This document shows, one piece after another, positions 13,400-26,424 of a stretch of DNA of 64,000 nt. The notes below the pieces were generated by a model. That model did not search any database and was not told the origin of the DNA. It saw only the letters and a program-made list of their open reading frames with translations. A program made the translations under genes and the position numbers. Source of the stretch: Chiloscyllium plagiosum (Eukaryota); contig NC_057719.1 in NCBI RefSeq assembly GCF_004010195.1, positions 41,051,318 to 41,115,317 on the forward strand, in the 5' to 3' direction. Within the stretch, counting starts at the first letter, position 1; each line of letters begins with the position of its first letter.

Positions 13400-14110
13400 T
13401 CAGGAGGGAACCTAGTTACAGGAATTTGACGACTTTGGAAAAGGTGTTTCCTGATGTCTTGGGATTCAGTGGAGGAAGAGCCTGTGGAGCTTATGTCTGT
13501 GTCCATTGTTGGATAACCTGTGGGTCCAGGAATTCAGTAAGAACTGAATGTCTGTGACTTTGAAAATATCAGAAGGATTAAATTTCTCTGCCTGCAGCTC
13601 CTTCCTGGGCTGCACTAGGGACATGGATGGTATCTCCCAGGAAGCTATTTAACACTTGTTCAAAGAAATGAGAAATGCCCCGTTGAAGAGGAATGGAGAA
13701 GTAGTGCTGTAAATGCTGGATGTGTAGGCTTCAGGGAATTGCAGAATTTTTGTATGTGCATGGGATGATTAAATGTACACAGAGCTCCCTGTGACCAGCC
13801 TGGAACATTTACAGACAGAGTTTGCATTCCGTTAATGTGCAATTGGTGAGCAACCACAGGAGACATACTCTCCAGCTATGTGTTCAGTCCCCAGGGAGCT
13901 TTTGTGATGTGTATATTCTATGCCACTTCCAGATGCTACAGCTTTCTGAAGCACCCACATAACTGCGAGGGTAGATTCTGGCTGAAAGGGTTGTGTAGTC
14001 ATGGCCTGGCTGATGACACTGGTTGGGAGCCTTGAACTCCAGCTAAGGAGCACCAGAATGAACCCATGGATCTAAAGGATGACAATGAACCATTTGCTAT
14101 TGAAAATGAG
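13400..14110 (+). mobile_element. Harbinger/PIF DDE transposase remnant
   Basis: Manual translation: SVTLKISEGLNFSACSSFLGCTRDMDGISQ..., GMIKCTQ (for GAIDCTH), LHSVNVQLVSNH...PGSFCDVYIL, AWLMTL; several stops and frameshifts. Confidence 0.8.
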
Positions 14111-14399
14111 GTTCACTGCTTGGATCATTCTTCAAACTGATGCTTAAGAAGAGGAAGCCATCATAATTTCTTATGTGGCATTAATTAATGGCTGAAAACT
14201 GCAACTACAAGCCTGCAATTTTTTACTTTTAAGGCTGTTGTTCTTAATCCAACATTTTTCAGGGGACTAAAACCAGGGAACAGCCATCACCAGTGAAGAG
14301 TAAAGGGGAACAGAAGCAAAAGATGAAAAATAAAGGGAGAGAAAAGCAAAATTGGCAAAAAGAATAAATTCTGTGAAGAAAAGCAAAGACCATCAATAA

Positions 14400-14910
14400 G
14401 AAATGAAAGGTAAACACTTACTTATCAACAGGGAAGCCAAATCATCTAAGACCAGCAACCAACTCTCTAACCATTGTGAGACACAGGACATTCTTATTCA
14501 AAGACAGGAGAGAATAAAAGAAATTCACAACCAGCAAGCCAGTAGAGAACTACTAAAACTTAGCACTGAATGGAGAGTGTGAGTTAGAAATATAAAAATA
14601 AATACTTTAATAGAAGCAAACATTTCTAGAATATGCCATCAGCCCAGTTCATATATAGTCATTTCTAATTACAGTGTTATAATGTGAAGGAACAATAACC
14701 AGCTCAGACCAATGCATGACATGTTAATCCTGTACAAATCAAGTGAGGAAGAAAACCTAACAATATTGATTGTACGATGATATTGAGTGACATCAACCAG
14801 TAGCAAGACAACCAAGCTGTCACATAAGTGCAAAAGAGAACAAAAGAGAACAGATGGGTATTCAACCACCAGATCAGGATGAGTTGTCAGACCTTCAAAG
14901 TGGTGTGTTG
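14400..14910 (+). mobile_element. Gypsy LTR retrotransposon integrase C-terminal remnant
   Basis: Manual translation HNQQASRELLKL...QPSSYIVIS...M*RNNNQLRP and TRSG*VVRPSK resemble PRSYxV..LRRNRxxLR and TRSGRxVxPP motifs. Confidence 0.6.
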
Positions 14911-15019
14911 AAGTTTGAAATGTTAAGTTTGTAAACTCAGTCTAACCTGTTTGTATAATTATCAAATTGACAACACATGTTTATGTACAACATGGTTATC
15001 TGTTTGGGATAATACTTAA

Positions 15020-15285
15020 CTGAAAACACTAAATGCTGGAGACCACAGCAGGTCAGAAAGCATTAATGGACAGAAAGCAAGCTTTGACATTCCAATCACT
15101 CAATCTAAACTACCAACATCTTTTCTCCACCAGCACTTTACACACCCTGCACAACTATTGGATAAATGCTGCCCCCTCCATACTTCACTTCAGCTCTGAT
15201 GAAGAGTTACTAGACTCAAAATGCTAGCTTGTTCTCTGTCTATGGATGCAATTGTTGTTTTCAGCATCTGTAGCAATTTGCTCCT
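15020..15285. mobile_element. Old PLE family D-like inverted fragment
   Basis: Decayed hammerhead at 15196-15225: CTGATGA-A-GAGTT-ACTA-GACTC-AAAA; inverted partner at 15025-15095. Confidence 0.55.
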
Positions 15286-15359
15286 ACATTGGGAAAATAC
15301 TTTATCTTTGGACAAACATGGATTTTTTGTTCTATCTGACTAAGTACATCAGTATGCCT

Positions 15360-16210
15360 TTAAGAAACTTTCCTTCCATTATAAGGTCAGAAGTGAGGAT
15401 ATTTGTTAATAATTGCACAGTGTTCTGTGACTCATCAGAAACTGAAGTAGTCCATTCCCAAATGCAACAAGACCTGGACAACATCTGGCTAAAATGTGGC
15501 AAGTAACATTGACACTACACAATGCCAGGAAGTGGCTATCTCCAAGAAGAGATATTCTAACCACCATCCCCTGACTTAGTGATGTCATGGAATTCCCTCC
15601 TATCAACATCCTGTGTTTTACCATTGACTAGAAACTGAACTGGACTTCCCATATAAATACAATATCTACAAAAGCAGGTAAAAGGACAGGAATATTATGA
15701 CGTGTAACTAATCTCCTGACTCCCCAGAACCTGTGTTCCATCTACAAGGAACAAGTCGGGATATAATACTTCTGAGTGCAGAACTAACAACACTTGAGTC
15801 ATGATACCATCCTGGACAAAGCAGCCTATTTGACCTGACACTTATCCACAAGCATCCACTCCCTCCACCACCGATGCTCAGTAGCAGCAGTGTGTACTAT
15901 ATACAAGATTCACTGCAGAAGTTCACCCAGGATCTTTCGAGAACATCTTCCAGACCTATGGCCACTACTATCTAGAAGGACAAAGGTAGCAGTTATTTAG
16001 GAACAATGCCACTTGCAAGTTCCTGTTCAAACCTGAGTTGGAAACATATGACCATTCCTTTAGGGTCGCTTGGTCAAAATCCTGGAACTCCCTATCTGAC
16101 AGCATTGTGAATCTGCCTACAGCACATGTAATGCAGCAGTTCAGGAAATCAGCTCACCACCAACATTTCAAGGCTAACCAGGAATCAGTGATAAATACTA
16201 GCCCAATGAT
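15360..16210 (+). mobile_element. CR1-like LINE (second family), RT to 3' end, decayed
   Basis: FPSIIRSEVRIFVNNCTVF (degenerate FADD), SKSWNSL; 3' end resembles the tRNA-SINE tails. Confidence 0.75.
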
Positions 16211-17919
16211 TAAATTGAAAAACATGGTCATGATACCATCACAATAATATAGCATGTGACTTGAGGATATAAAAGTCTCAGACTCCATCTTTATTTAGGC
16301 CAACTGAAGCATGACCTGTTGATGAAAACATTACTCATTATAAATGCATATTTAATAGTTGTAATGTTTGTACATATCTGTAATATGTAATAAATGTTTG
16401 TTGGATTTTTCAGTACTGTGTTGCCTATGTTCTCATTCCTTATGTTGTGAGGGATAGCATAAGCATTGCCACATTAGGTAAAGATACCTTGCTGGAGGTA
16501 AAGCACGCATCAAATGGGGCCAACCCATCTCTGTGATGAACCCAAGTGAACCAGAATAGCTAAGAGCAACAAGAGGTCTTCAAAGAGGTTGGGATTTTGT
16601 GCAGAATTCAGGACAATTGCATGTAACTGACAATAGAAGCTTTGTGACCCAGGCTTAAGTGTTTAGTTTGCAAGTGCATGCGAATGTACACATTGGAGTT
16701 GAGAAGAATGAGAGGTGGTATTCTGGAAATATTCTGAGTCATTAAATATAGTGAAGGCTGAGTTATATAGTTATTTGATCTGTGAAGGACGTAAGTGTTA
16801 GAGGAATTTGAAGGAAAACAGAGTTCAGGTTGTAATCAAAAAGATGATTATTGGGTTTTGTTTTTGGAAATAAAACAAAGTGATAACATGGAACTTGACA
16901 TTGTGAAAAAAATAGTTCTCTGCAATGAATAAATGTATTTTAGTTTGCAGTTTGTTTTGATGAAAAATTTGATGAAAGATGCATGTGTGCTTGTTATTTT
17001 GAAGCTATAGGAACTCGACAATACACAATTGCTAAATTTATTCTTGAGGACTGAGAATATTATTGAAGGCCAGGATGAGATACAGCTTGAAAATGTGAAA
17101 ACCATGAGAAATAACAAGTAATGGCAGTTAACAATAACAAATGTACAGTGATGTTAATAAAACCTCAAAGTTAGCCATGCAATGAACAAATCTTTCAAAA
17201 ATTCTTCTAGTGTTTAATCAGATTACATGCCTATTGTTTTTGCCTTTCATATTTCAAAGCAGTGCTGCTCATTTAGTTGCTAAGCTTGAGTTGTCAACAT
17301 GCCTGGCATATCTGAAATGTACAAACAGAAGGTATCTGGTCTCCTCTCAAGTGACTGAAGAGGAAAACAAATCCGGGAGGCACAGTTGATTGATTGCTCA
17401 GTAGCAAGAATCCAGAAAACTCTCAGTAATTCAAAGAAACAAACAAGGTTTCTGCTGGCTGCTGGGTTCACTATGGAACAAAAAAGGGAGCTTAGGAAAG
17501 CTGAGCTAGTGTATATGCAGCATGTCAGGCGTGACCACTGACCTTGCTTTTGTGTAGTCAAGGAAATCAGCCATCTTCATTTTGAAGAAATAATGTGAAG
17601 TCTAGAAGAAATTAAAGTTCAGAGATCTGAAAAATAAAAACATCAGAAGCAAGAGTAAGAGTAAAAATGCTGGAAAAGATAGAAAACTTTTGATGCTGTG
17701 CCTTTCCCATAATAAAGCACAAAGGTTTGCTCTGATTCAGAAATTGGATTCACAGTTTGATATTGAATGGTTTTACTACCTTCTAAAGATGACCAATCAG
17801 TGCCTCCATCAAATTTTAAAACGTTTTTTAAATCTCCAATTATCTTTTACCTCCTTTCTCCTCTGTTCAAAAAGTGTAGATGGCTTACTATCTGTCATCG
17901 GATTGTGAGAGGGAACCTC

Positions 17920-18135
17920 TTTATGAGTGATTGGTAATGACCTGGAACTTGCTGCCTGTGACAGTGATGGAGGCAGTGACAATAAATGCTTTTAAAAGGA
18001 ACTTAGACAGACATTTGAGGAAGACAAGCTTGCAGGGCCACTGGCAAGGTGCGGGGCAATGAGACTGACCCGATTGCTCTTCAGAGACAGCCTGGACTTG
18101 AATGAACTCCTTCACATTATGATCTTTTGACACTA
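17920..18135 (+). mobile_element. Old CR1 3' end fragment
   Basis: tggaacttgctgcctgtgacagtgatggaggcag...tttaaaaggaacttagac (WN.LP..VMEA..FK..LD). Confidence 0.65.
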
Positions 18136-18204
18136 TGACCTTGCACAAGTAACCATTAAGTATAAGTACAGCTGCATGAGACATCATAACCAATTCTGGT
18201 ACTC

Positions 18205-18325
18205 AAAAGTGTTGTGCTATTGGCATATTACGATCTGGTGTGTTATGGCCTGTTGGTGATCCTAATTGTTGTGACCTGTCAGTAATCCTATGTGCTATGG
18301 TGTGTTGGTGACCCTGTGGGTGAAC
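18205..18325. repeat. Degenerate ~25-bp minisatellite (TGTTGGTGATCCTA unit)
   Basis: Repeated gttggtgatccta / gtaatccta / gttggtgaccct; same unit as 19643-20175. Confidence 0.6.
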
Positions 18326-19099
18326 CTTACCAGATGCTGGTTTTGTTGAGTTAATAAGAGTATCGCTCCATGAGGCTTGGCATATTTTCTTGCACTATTA
18401 ACCATGTATCAGACTCTGTAGCCATTGTCATGCTACCTTCCAAATTGCCATATTCATCACATGGATATCCCAGTAACACTAGCAACAGCACAATCTTTGA
18501 ATGTCAGCCATTTACCTGGTCAAGGTAGCAGTCCAGAGCTTTCCTTCACATGCATGTAGTAGGTCAGTAACCACAAACCAATGCTTCTCAGGACACAAAG
18601 GTGGTACAGCTGACACCTCGCTATACTCACAATTTCTCATTCCAACATCAATCACTGTTTACGAACCAGGCCACACAGTTTACATGTCATTAGCTACAAC
18701 CCATCTTACAACCCTGTCTATGTCACTGCCATGTTTTCCCCCAAAGCTCGATCTAACTAAGCATCACTTGTTCAGTGTGGGATTATCACATACAGGAAAG
18801 CCTTCAGAAGCTTTAAAAGATTCACTTTTATTCACAAAGGCTAGCAGATAATAAACAAGCAGCAGCAGCAATTTCCTTTCAGAACAGACTGGGTCTGCTC
18901 TTGAGTGTCAATACTGTTCCAGTTAATGAGTGATCACTACACCCAGCTCTCATCTATTGGAACTGTGTGTCAAATAAGCTCTGTGCAGTTACTATCGCCC
19001 CAAAATGCTGCACTTTACCATGCACAAAGTAATGCTTCGCAACTTCAATGATCTCATTTTCCTCTTCAGAAGACTGCTCCCACTTTTCAAGCTTTTCAG

Positions 19100-19640
19100 C
19101 CTTCATCACACCCCCTCTTTACCTGCTCCAGTTGTGCAGAACACATCATGTGAGAATTATATGGTTCCCCCTGCCTGGAGAGCACTGCAAGGTCCTTCCC
19201 ATCACTTGCAGACCAGTCCAAGCTGTCGATCCTCATCTTCGGGAAGCCTACCATCTGCTCCACCATGGTCCTGTTTGATAAATTGGCTAAATTGTATCTG
19301 AGGCGAAGGTTGAGTGCGGCAGATGCTGGAGATCAGAGTCAAGAATGTGGTGCTGGAAAAGCACAGCAGGTCAGGCAGCATCCGAGCAGCAGGAAAATCA
19401 ATGTTTTGGGCAAAAGCTCTTCATCAGGAATGATATATTGTATCTGAGCTCCAGCTCCATCAAGGGTTGCATAATGGAGTCATCAGCTTTTTTGCAGAAG
19501 GTAGTCTTTGTCTCTTAGTAACGATCCTTGTAATAAGGCATGTGCCTCCATAAACAAACAAACAATATGATTGTTTTCATCTAAATAGGTATCATGGGAG
19601 CTCCCAGTTTACCTGGCTCAAACTTCAAAGATGTGGCACA
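19100..19640 (-). mobile_element. Harbinger DDE transposase C-terminal remnant
   Basis: Minus-strand translation GSSHDTYL, LLRDKDYLL..LMTPLCNP, RYNLANLSNRTMVEQMVGFPKMRIDSLD, LQCSP..IILT*CVLHN; split by the PLE insert. Confidence 0.8.
19303..19436 (-). mobile_element. PLE family A ribozyme-plus-tail mini-insertion with TSD
   Basis: 12-bp TSD ATTGTATCTGAG at 19291-19302 and 19437-19448; begins a few nt upstream of a CpG-decayed hammerhead core. Confidence 0.85.
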
Positions 19641-19642
19641 AA

Positions 19643-20175
19643 TGATCCTATGTTGTATTGCGGTGCGTTGGTGATCCTATGTTGTATTGTGGTGTGTTGG
19701 TGATCCTCTGTATTGTGGTGCATTGGTGATCCTATGTGTGTGGTGTGTTGGTAATCCTAGGTCAGGGGAATTGGCCACGCTAAATTGCCCATAGTGTTAG
19801 GTAAGGGGTAAATGTAGGGGTATGGGTGGGTTGCGCTTCGGCGGGGCGGTGTGGACTTGTTGGGCCGAAGGGCCTGTTTCCACACTGTAAGTAATCTAAT
19901 CTAATCTATATGTGCGGTGTGTTGGTGATCCTATATGTGTGGTGTGTTGGTGATCCTATGTATTATGTTGCATTGGTGATCCTAAATATTGTGGTACATT
20001 GGTGATCCTATGTGTGTGGTGTGTTGGTGATCCTATTTGTGTGATGTGTTGTTGATCTTATGTGTGTGGTGCATTGGTGATCCTAAATATTATGGTACTT
20101 TGGTGATCCTATGTGTTGCAGTGTGTTGGTGATCTTATGTGTTGTGGTGTGTTGGTGATCCAAAAATTGTGGTAT
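19643..20175. repeat. Minisatellite, ~23-26 bp unit GGTGTGTTGGTGATCCTATGTGTGT
   Basis: Roughly 15 visible tandem units; interrupted by a SINE. Confidence 0.9.
19759..19908 (+). mobile_element. HE1-type V-SINE, 3' half
   Basis: gaattggccacgctaaattgcccatagtg...gggccgaagggcctgtttccacactgtaag with (TAATC)n tail. Confidence 0.85.
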
Positions 20176-22783
20176 CTTCATCTTTATCTGGCCAAAGTAA
20201 AAGCAGCAGTATTTTTTTTAAACGGTAATTTCAAGTGGATCAAAGGAACTAATTTCAGATATTTGTTAGATGGGTAAAATGGTGTTTTGTGATGGGTTCT
20301 AAATTTGAATGTTTAATGAGAAAATGTTTTAGGTTGAATACAATTTTGTACAGTACATTAACATCTTTTTTTCTGAAATTTCTCTCTCCATTATTTTTGA
20401 GGAGATATTAATCCATTTCGGCTCTTAAGGTAGTGACATTAGCCCACTTACATTAAATGGATTATTGCCCCTATTAACAGAGTAGAGGAAGTAATTTCAT
20501 GTGTATATGTTATCTGTTCATATACTCGTGACTTATGGAATAATTCCAGGGCCACAGTGTAATCTGGTTTGGGCCTTTATTTCCACTTTGTTTCCTCAGT
20601 GCTCCTTGTGGACCCGTAAAAATAATAAGCAATTTCTGCAGCAATATCATCTGCAGTTATATTTATTTAAATTAACTTTGTGAAGGAGCTGAGATAAGCA
20701 AAGAGATGACACTTCATTTATATTTAATACCACCCAAAAAATTGAAAACAAGTATCTCACATTAATAAATGCTTGAAACGAATCTAAGAAGCATACGAAA
20801 ACTGTCCATATTGTGAAGAATTGGACAATTTCTTACAGGACGGAACACCTGTGCTCTATTAGTAATTCCACTTCCCAGATTAGGATGTCTATGGATCTTT
20901 AGGCAAAGTGTATTTGTTCCTGACACACGACTGATGAGAAACTTGACAGTATTATTTGCTGGGAATGGACATAGCTCCCAAAGGACCTGATCCAATTATT
21001 TCTACAATTAGTGGTAGTAGAATATTTAGCCCTGTGTCCACAAAACAAGCAGCCATTCTTTCAGCTGTATAATAATGCATAAAGATGGGATTGGTGGAAT
21101 TGAAAATGTTATGAGATAAGCCGTTGTATGAAATTGCATCCTACATTAAGCGAAAACATTTCATAAGCCATGGACCATCGAAGATGTCGGAGCATTTCCT
21201 TTTCAGAAACTGAAAATATTTAGCTTGAGGGGCCTTGCACAGAATTATAAGAATCAATTTAGTTGAAGGTAATCAGAAGGACTTAGAAATTAATGCAATT
21301 TATCCAGACTAAGGTATTGTCAAGAACTTGAACGCATTGACCATTTAACTGAACTTGAGCCATTTGTTGCAATAGGGTTGCATTTTGGGTTTTTTTTCAA
21401 AAAATAAATGATTTTGTCACAGGTTAGAATTGCACTTCTGTTAGATTTTAATACATATAAATTGCATGAACTAGAAATAAAATAAACTTTTCTTCTGTGA
21501 CTGTGTCAGCAGTTACAAACTCTACAAATTCCTTTCGATTCCTGACTTTGTGACTTTTTCTGGATGTGACTTTGATGCAGTTTCTCTCATTATTGTCTCT
21601 GCATTTTATTCCCTGTTTCTTCTCAGCTCACCCTGTTATTACCTGCTATCCTGGGCCTTTTTGAGACTGGATTCCATTCACAGTACTTGGCAAGCTGGCA
21701 AGGTATGGCTATTAGACGGTTTGGGAGAGAGACAGAATTGTTTTTTTTGCGCCTCGTGAAAAAATACTTTAAAGTCCATTTCAGACCCTTTCACTGCCAC
21801 ATTCAAAGTCCAGTCAAAGGATTGCTGTTCAGGCTACTTGATGTTGTGCACACCCTACTCAGTTGCAGTGTCTGTTTTCCCTACCTGCAGCTCCATATTT
21901 CAAACAAGGTGTTATGTATTTGCTAAGACTCTAATTTACACAAGTGACCTTTTATCTGAAATAGATGGGTACACTGAGTGCCAATCTCATGACCTGACCC
22001 AAGATAGCAACAGCACCAATATGTTCAGGATGATGATTCACACTTGCGACTTTTCAGGCCACTATTGCCTCATTAACAGTATCTGAATGTCTTTGGAATC
22101 AACCCCATTTGGTGCAGATTTGGTTAGTTTTGAGTGTAGAGTGTAAATGAGAAATTAATATTAAGAGGGAGGTGGTGAGCCACATGGAAAGCCTTACCAG
22201 ACAGAAAAGCTCCAGAAAATACAACTTTGTGAAATCTCTCTCTGATGCTTGGAGATGACATTTGAAACTGTCACATACAATGCATTCTTACTGATCACCA
22301 ACTACATCTCACAGATGATTCACCAATAGTACCAATAACAAAGAGTCCAATTTTGATGCAGCATTTGATCACCTATGTCAGTGATACTCAAAGGATAACT
22401 CTGAAATTCCTCTGATATTAGAAACCTGCTGGCCAATATAACCTTCAATCACAGCTGCAAATGCAAGGAAAGAGATAACATTAAAAACCAAGCAAACAGT
22501 TGTTGTATCTGGAATTATTTCCACAATTTTTACAGCAAAAAGATGTGAAGAAATGATTCTCTTAGTCCAAAGTTTTCAAAAGCAGAGAATATTCAGACAA
22601 ATTATAAAAAGAATAATGTCAATGACCTAGCTTTGATGTTGTTTCTACATCATCAGGAAAGGATAAGCGATTATTTTTAGCTTTTCTTTATCACAGTCAA
22701 TACACACCTCACATTCATTGCATTACAAAAGCTTTAGTTCCTTTTCAGGGCCATGAACGAGTGATACGAGATAGACTTAGGGA

Positions 22784-22873
22784 TTCCTGAAGAAGGGCCT
22801 GTGCCCGAAACGTCGAATCTCCTGTTCCCTGGATGCTGCCTGACCTGCTGTGCTGTTCCAGCAATAAAGTTTC
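22784..22873 (+). mobile_element. 90-bp PLE family A mini-insertion with TSD
   Basis: 11-bp TSD AGACTTAGGGA at 22773-22783 and 22874-22884. Confidence 0.9.
22787..22814 (+). ncRNA. Minimal hammerhead ribozyme motif (family A), intact
   Basis: CTGAAGA-A-GGGC-CTGT-GCCC-GAAA-CGTC; helix I GATTC(22782-22786)/GAATC(22815-22819). Confidence 0.85.
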
Positions 22874-22880
22874 AGACTTA

Positions 22881-23203
22881 GGGAATGTCCAGTGGTATTA
22901 TCGCTGGACTGTTAATTAGAGACCCAGGTAACGTTCTTGGGACCCAAGTTTGATACCTGCCATGGTAAATAGTGGAATTTGAATTCAATTTTTAAAATCT
23001 GGAATTAAGAGTCTAATGATGATCGTAAGACCATTGTCGATTGTTGGAAAAACGCAATTCCCTTTAGGGAAGGGAACTGCCATTTTTACCTGGTCTGGCC
23101 TACACGTAATGTGGTTGACTCTTAACTGCAGCTCTCGGATGGGCAATAATGCTGGCTTAGCCGGTGATCTCATGAATTCAATTCCCATGAATGAATAAAA
23201 AAA
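22881..23203 (+). mobile_element. tRNA-derived SINE
   Basis: tRNA-like head (agtggtattatcgctggact...caagtttgatacc), central ctttagggaagggaactgcc core, tail gatgggcaataatgctggc...aatgaataaaaaaa. Confidence 0.85.
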
Positions 23204-25489
23204 TGTAGGTACAAAGGCATTTCAAAATGATGTTGCAGTCACCCCAGTTTTTAAAGAAAAATTTTGCAAGACTAAATTGATACTAAAAGCTCAGAAACGT
23301 TGGAGGAACAGTTAGATATCACCTTGTTTATGTCAAGTAAAATTCTGATAAAATTCTCCACTGCTGTAATGTTGTAATATATACAGGTAGTGTGTGGGGT
23401 GACAGGTAATGTAAATCAAAGTGTTTGTGATCTTTTGGAAATTATTTTGAAAATCTTCAGGAAAAACGTTACCCTGACTAATCTCCCTGGAATTGGATTA
23501 AGGTTTCCACCAGGAAATTACAGTAGACGGGGTGGTGATGGGTATAATGATGCTTAGCTTCACTGACAATCAATGAACTGGAGAATCAAAGCTGTACAGA
23601 AGCAGGGTCACTGCATTTGAAATGTTAACTCTGCTGTCTCTCCACAATTGCTTCCAGTCCTGCTGAGTTTCTCCAGCAATTTTTTGTTTTCATTTTCTTT
23701 ATGATGCTATGCAATGGTAGCTGTTTCTGAAGTCTGCAGCCAACTCTGGATAACCCGCTTAGATCGAAATGATCTCTGCCACTCAGTATTTTAAAGCTTT
23801 AGATCATGCTCCCCATCAATCCTTTCCCCCGTGAACACAAACTTGGCTCCGGTGTAAGTTTTGGAATCATCCTAGTCTCTTTTCAGTGAACACTGCACAA
23901 CGCAGAGAAATTCTATTTATGAGTGTTTCTTTTCTAATGAATTAAACAGAATTAATGAAGCCTTTGTTGTACTTCAAATACTCAGAAGGTGTATCCCAGT
24001 GTACAGTTCAGCACATTGAAAATAACTTTGCATTGATCAGATACTTTCAGTGAGTGGAGAATAATTCCAACCAAATCCTTTTCCTTTTGCACTTTATATC
24101 CTCCCGATCCCCTTCAATTCCTCTGAAATGATCCTGGTTCCTGACCAATAGTTGTAATACCAGGACCAGCTGAGTAATGGACACCTTCATTGTCTCAGTG
24201 AGTGCGGCTTCATGACTGAGCAGGAGGAGCTTCCATTAAGTGAGGGGGTGGGTGGGGGATGGGGGGGTTGATCCTTGACAAACCTCCTGAGTTCAACCCG
24301 CTGTCCTGTCTGAAAGCTGGAAGAACTCACCAGCTCAGCTAATTGAATTGGAGAGACAGTGAGTCTTAGATACACATTACAGCATCTTAAATGAAAGCTG
24401 GACAGCACTTGAGGTATTAGGCTAACCCCAAGGATTTACATTATAGTAAAGTCAGCGCTGTTATTTAGAACTGCCTTAATTGATTCAATATCAATTATGT
24501 ATGTATATCACTCTGAATGAAAATATGTTAACTGCAGTTTTATTAAATGATAATAATAAGTAAAGTAATTTTATTAATACATAAGTGAGCTTCATTGTGA
24601 ACAACTTTTATTTGTTGTGATAGATTATACTTCAAGCAACAACTTACAGAAGCCATATTTATACACTGAACACAGGTCTCTGCAAATAGCAATTGTATGA
24701 ATCAAATCATTCAAATTCAGCTCAAGAATTTATCAACTTTTCTTGACACCAATTTATTGGTAAAGTGGAAACCTGGATTAGTCCAAACTTCCACTTGGTC
24801 ATTGAACTCATCAAGCATCAAATTTAATCCAGTTTTACTAATCCTACCCCTCTCCCACATACCAAGACTGGAATGTAGTCATCCTGAAATATGTTGCGAT
24901 TGCAGACCTGTACGTGGAGGCACTTTTGTTGCAGTGGGAAGAGCTATCTAAGAAATGCTATGGAGATGTGGGCTGCAGACTATTCTATGGTGGGAGCTGG
25001 CAGGAAGATGTTGAACATGCCACATAGTTGATCGATGTGGTCAGAGGCTTGAACACCATTTTTAAAAACTATTTTCTGGTCATCCTGATCAGAGACATTT
25101 TTGCACACCTCAGGAGCAGAAGGGACTTGAAACCAGGCTGACCTGGTTCAGAAACAGGGACACAACCACAAGAACCCTCAAGCTCCATTTTAGTGGCTTG
25201 TGATGGGCCTGTAGCACCTATAAAACAAGCAGGATTAATGCAGCAGGTAGGAACCCAGGATTATCATCCACAGAGCCATCCTTGGCTGGCAAATGGTCTG
25301 CTGCAGGCAATGCTTGGTCCCTTAGTCTGCAATATCTCCCTTCAGGTTCTCCTCGAGTTGTCAGCGTGGGAATGGGAATGGGTGTTCTTCACCATTGATG
25401 TCATCAGGAGTCCCTCCAACAAGGGATGCTTATGCCACGTAGAAAGGGGTCAGGGGCCCCCTTCATTTTGGCATGAACAGATAGTGTCA

Positions 25490-25870
25490 TAGTCATAGAA
25501 TCATTGAATCATATTGCATGGAAACAGCTCCTTCAGTCCAACCATTCCATGCTGAACATAATCCCAAACTAAACTAGTCCCACCTGCCTGCTCCTGGCCC
25601 ATATCCCTCCAAACCTTTCCCATTCATGTACTTATCCAAATGTCTTTTTAACTTTCTAACTGTGGCCACATCCACCACTTCCTCAGGAAGTTCATTCCAC
25701 ACGTGAACCACCCTCTGTGTAGAAGAAACTGCCCCTCATGCCTTTTTTAAATCTCTCTCCTCTCACCTTAAAAGTATGGCCTCTGGTCTTGAAATCCCCC
25801 ATCCGAGGAAAAAGACACCTATCATTAATCCTATCTATATCCCATGTGATTTTTTTAAACCTCTATAATC
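25490..25870 (-). mobile_element. CR1 (HER1-type) 3' end
   Basis: atcccaaactaaactagtcccacctgcc 3' UTR and ATGACT tail, as in the other copies. Confidence 0.9.
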
Positions 25871-26177
25871 TCTGGTTTTTATCAATGGGGCTCTCATGAA
25901 TTTAGAAAGTAATCCATTTCAGTGAGGGAACTGAAAACTGTGCAGGGTAAAGCCCAAAACCAGATACATGAAGTCTGAATGCACGTCAGCCAGAGAGTGA
26001 AAGAGCAAAGAGTTTTCCCTGGGAGTCCCCACTGCAATGTTAAGAAAGCGGATTAAGTGCCCATGAGGTTGAGACACACCCTCCCTTTCTTTTCAAAGGA
26101 GGAAATGCCCCACGATAACAGAGCACGGGCAAAGATGATGCAAGAATACTCGGCATTAGGGTGTTTACACCTACATA

Positions 26178-26385
26178 ATTTGGAGATGCCGGTGTTGGAC
26201 TGGGGTGTATAAAGTTAAAAATCACACATCACCAGGTTATAGTCCAACAGGTTTAATTGGAAGCACACTAGCTTTCGGAGCGACGCTTCTTCATCACCTG
26301 ATGAAGGAGCGTCGCTCCGAAAGCTAATGTGCTTCCAATTAAACCTGTTGGACTATAACCTGGTGTTGTGTGTTTTTTAACTTTG
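26178..26385. mobile_element. PLE family B fold-back mini-element
   Basis: Inverted arms joined at tcatca/cc/tgatga (~26297); TSD TACACCTACATA 26166-26177 vs TACACTTACATA 26386-26397 (1 mismatch); plus-strand core CTGATGA-A-GGAGC-GTC-GCTCC-GAAA-GCTA at 26298-26326. Confidence 0.9.
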
Positions 26386-26424
26386 TACACTTACATAGGA
26401 AGACATAATGGAAACAGTTGACAG

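Noticed and set aside
13400..14110. Domesticated HARBI1 host gene
   Set aside because: Multiple stops, frameshifts and altered catalytic motifs; a transposon fossil
19643..20175. CRISPR-like repeat array
   Set aside because: Units are tandem with no unique spacers, there are no cas genes, and the context is vertebrate
20930..20960. CTGATGAGAAAC as a hammerhead
   Set aside because: No helix II between CUGAUGA and GAAA and no PLE flanks
22150..22400. Possible Gypsy integrase remnant (FLLITNYISQ)
   Set aside because: A single weak motif; not enough without a profile search
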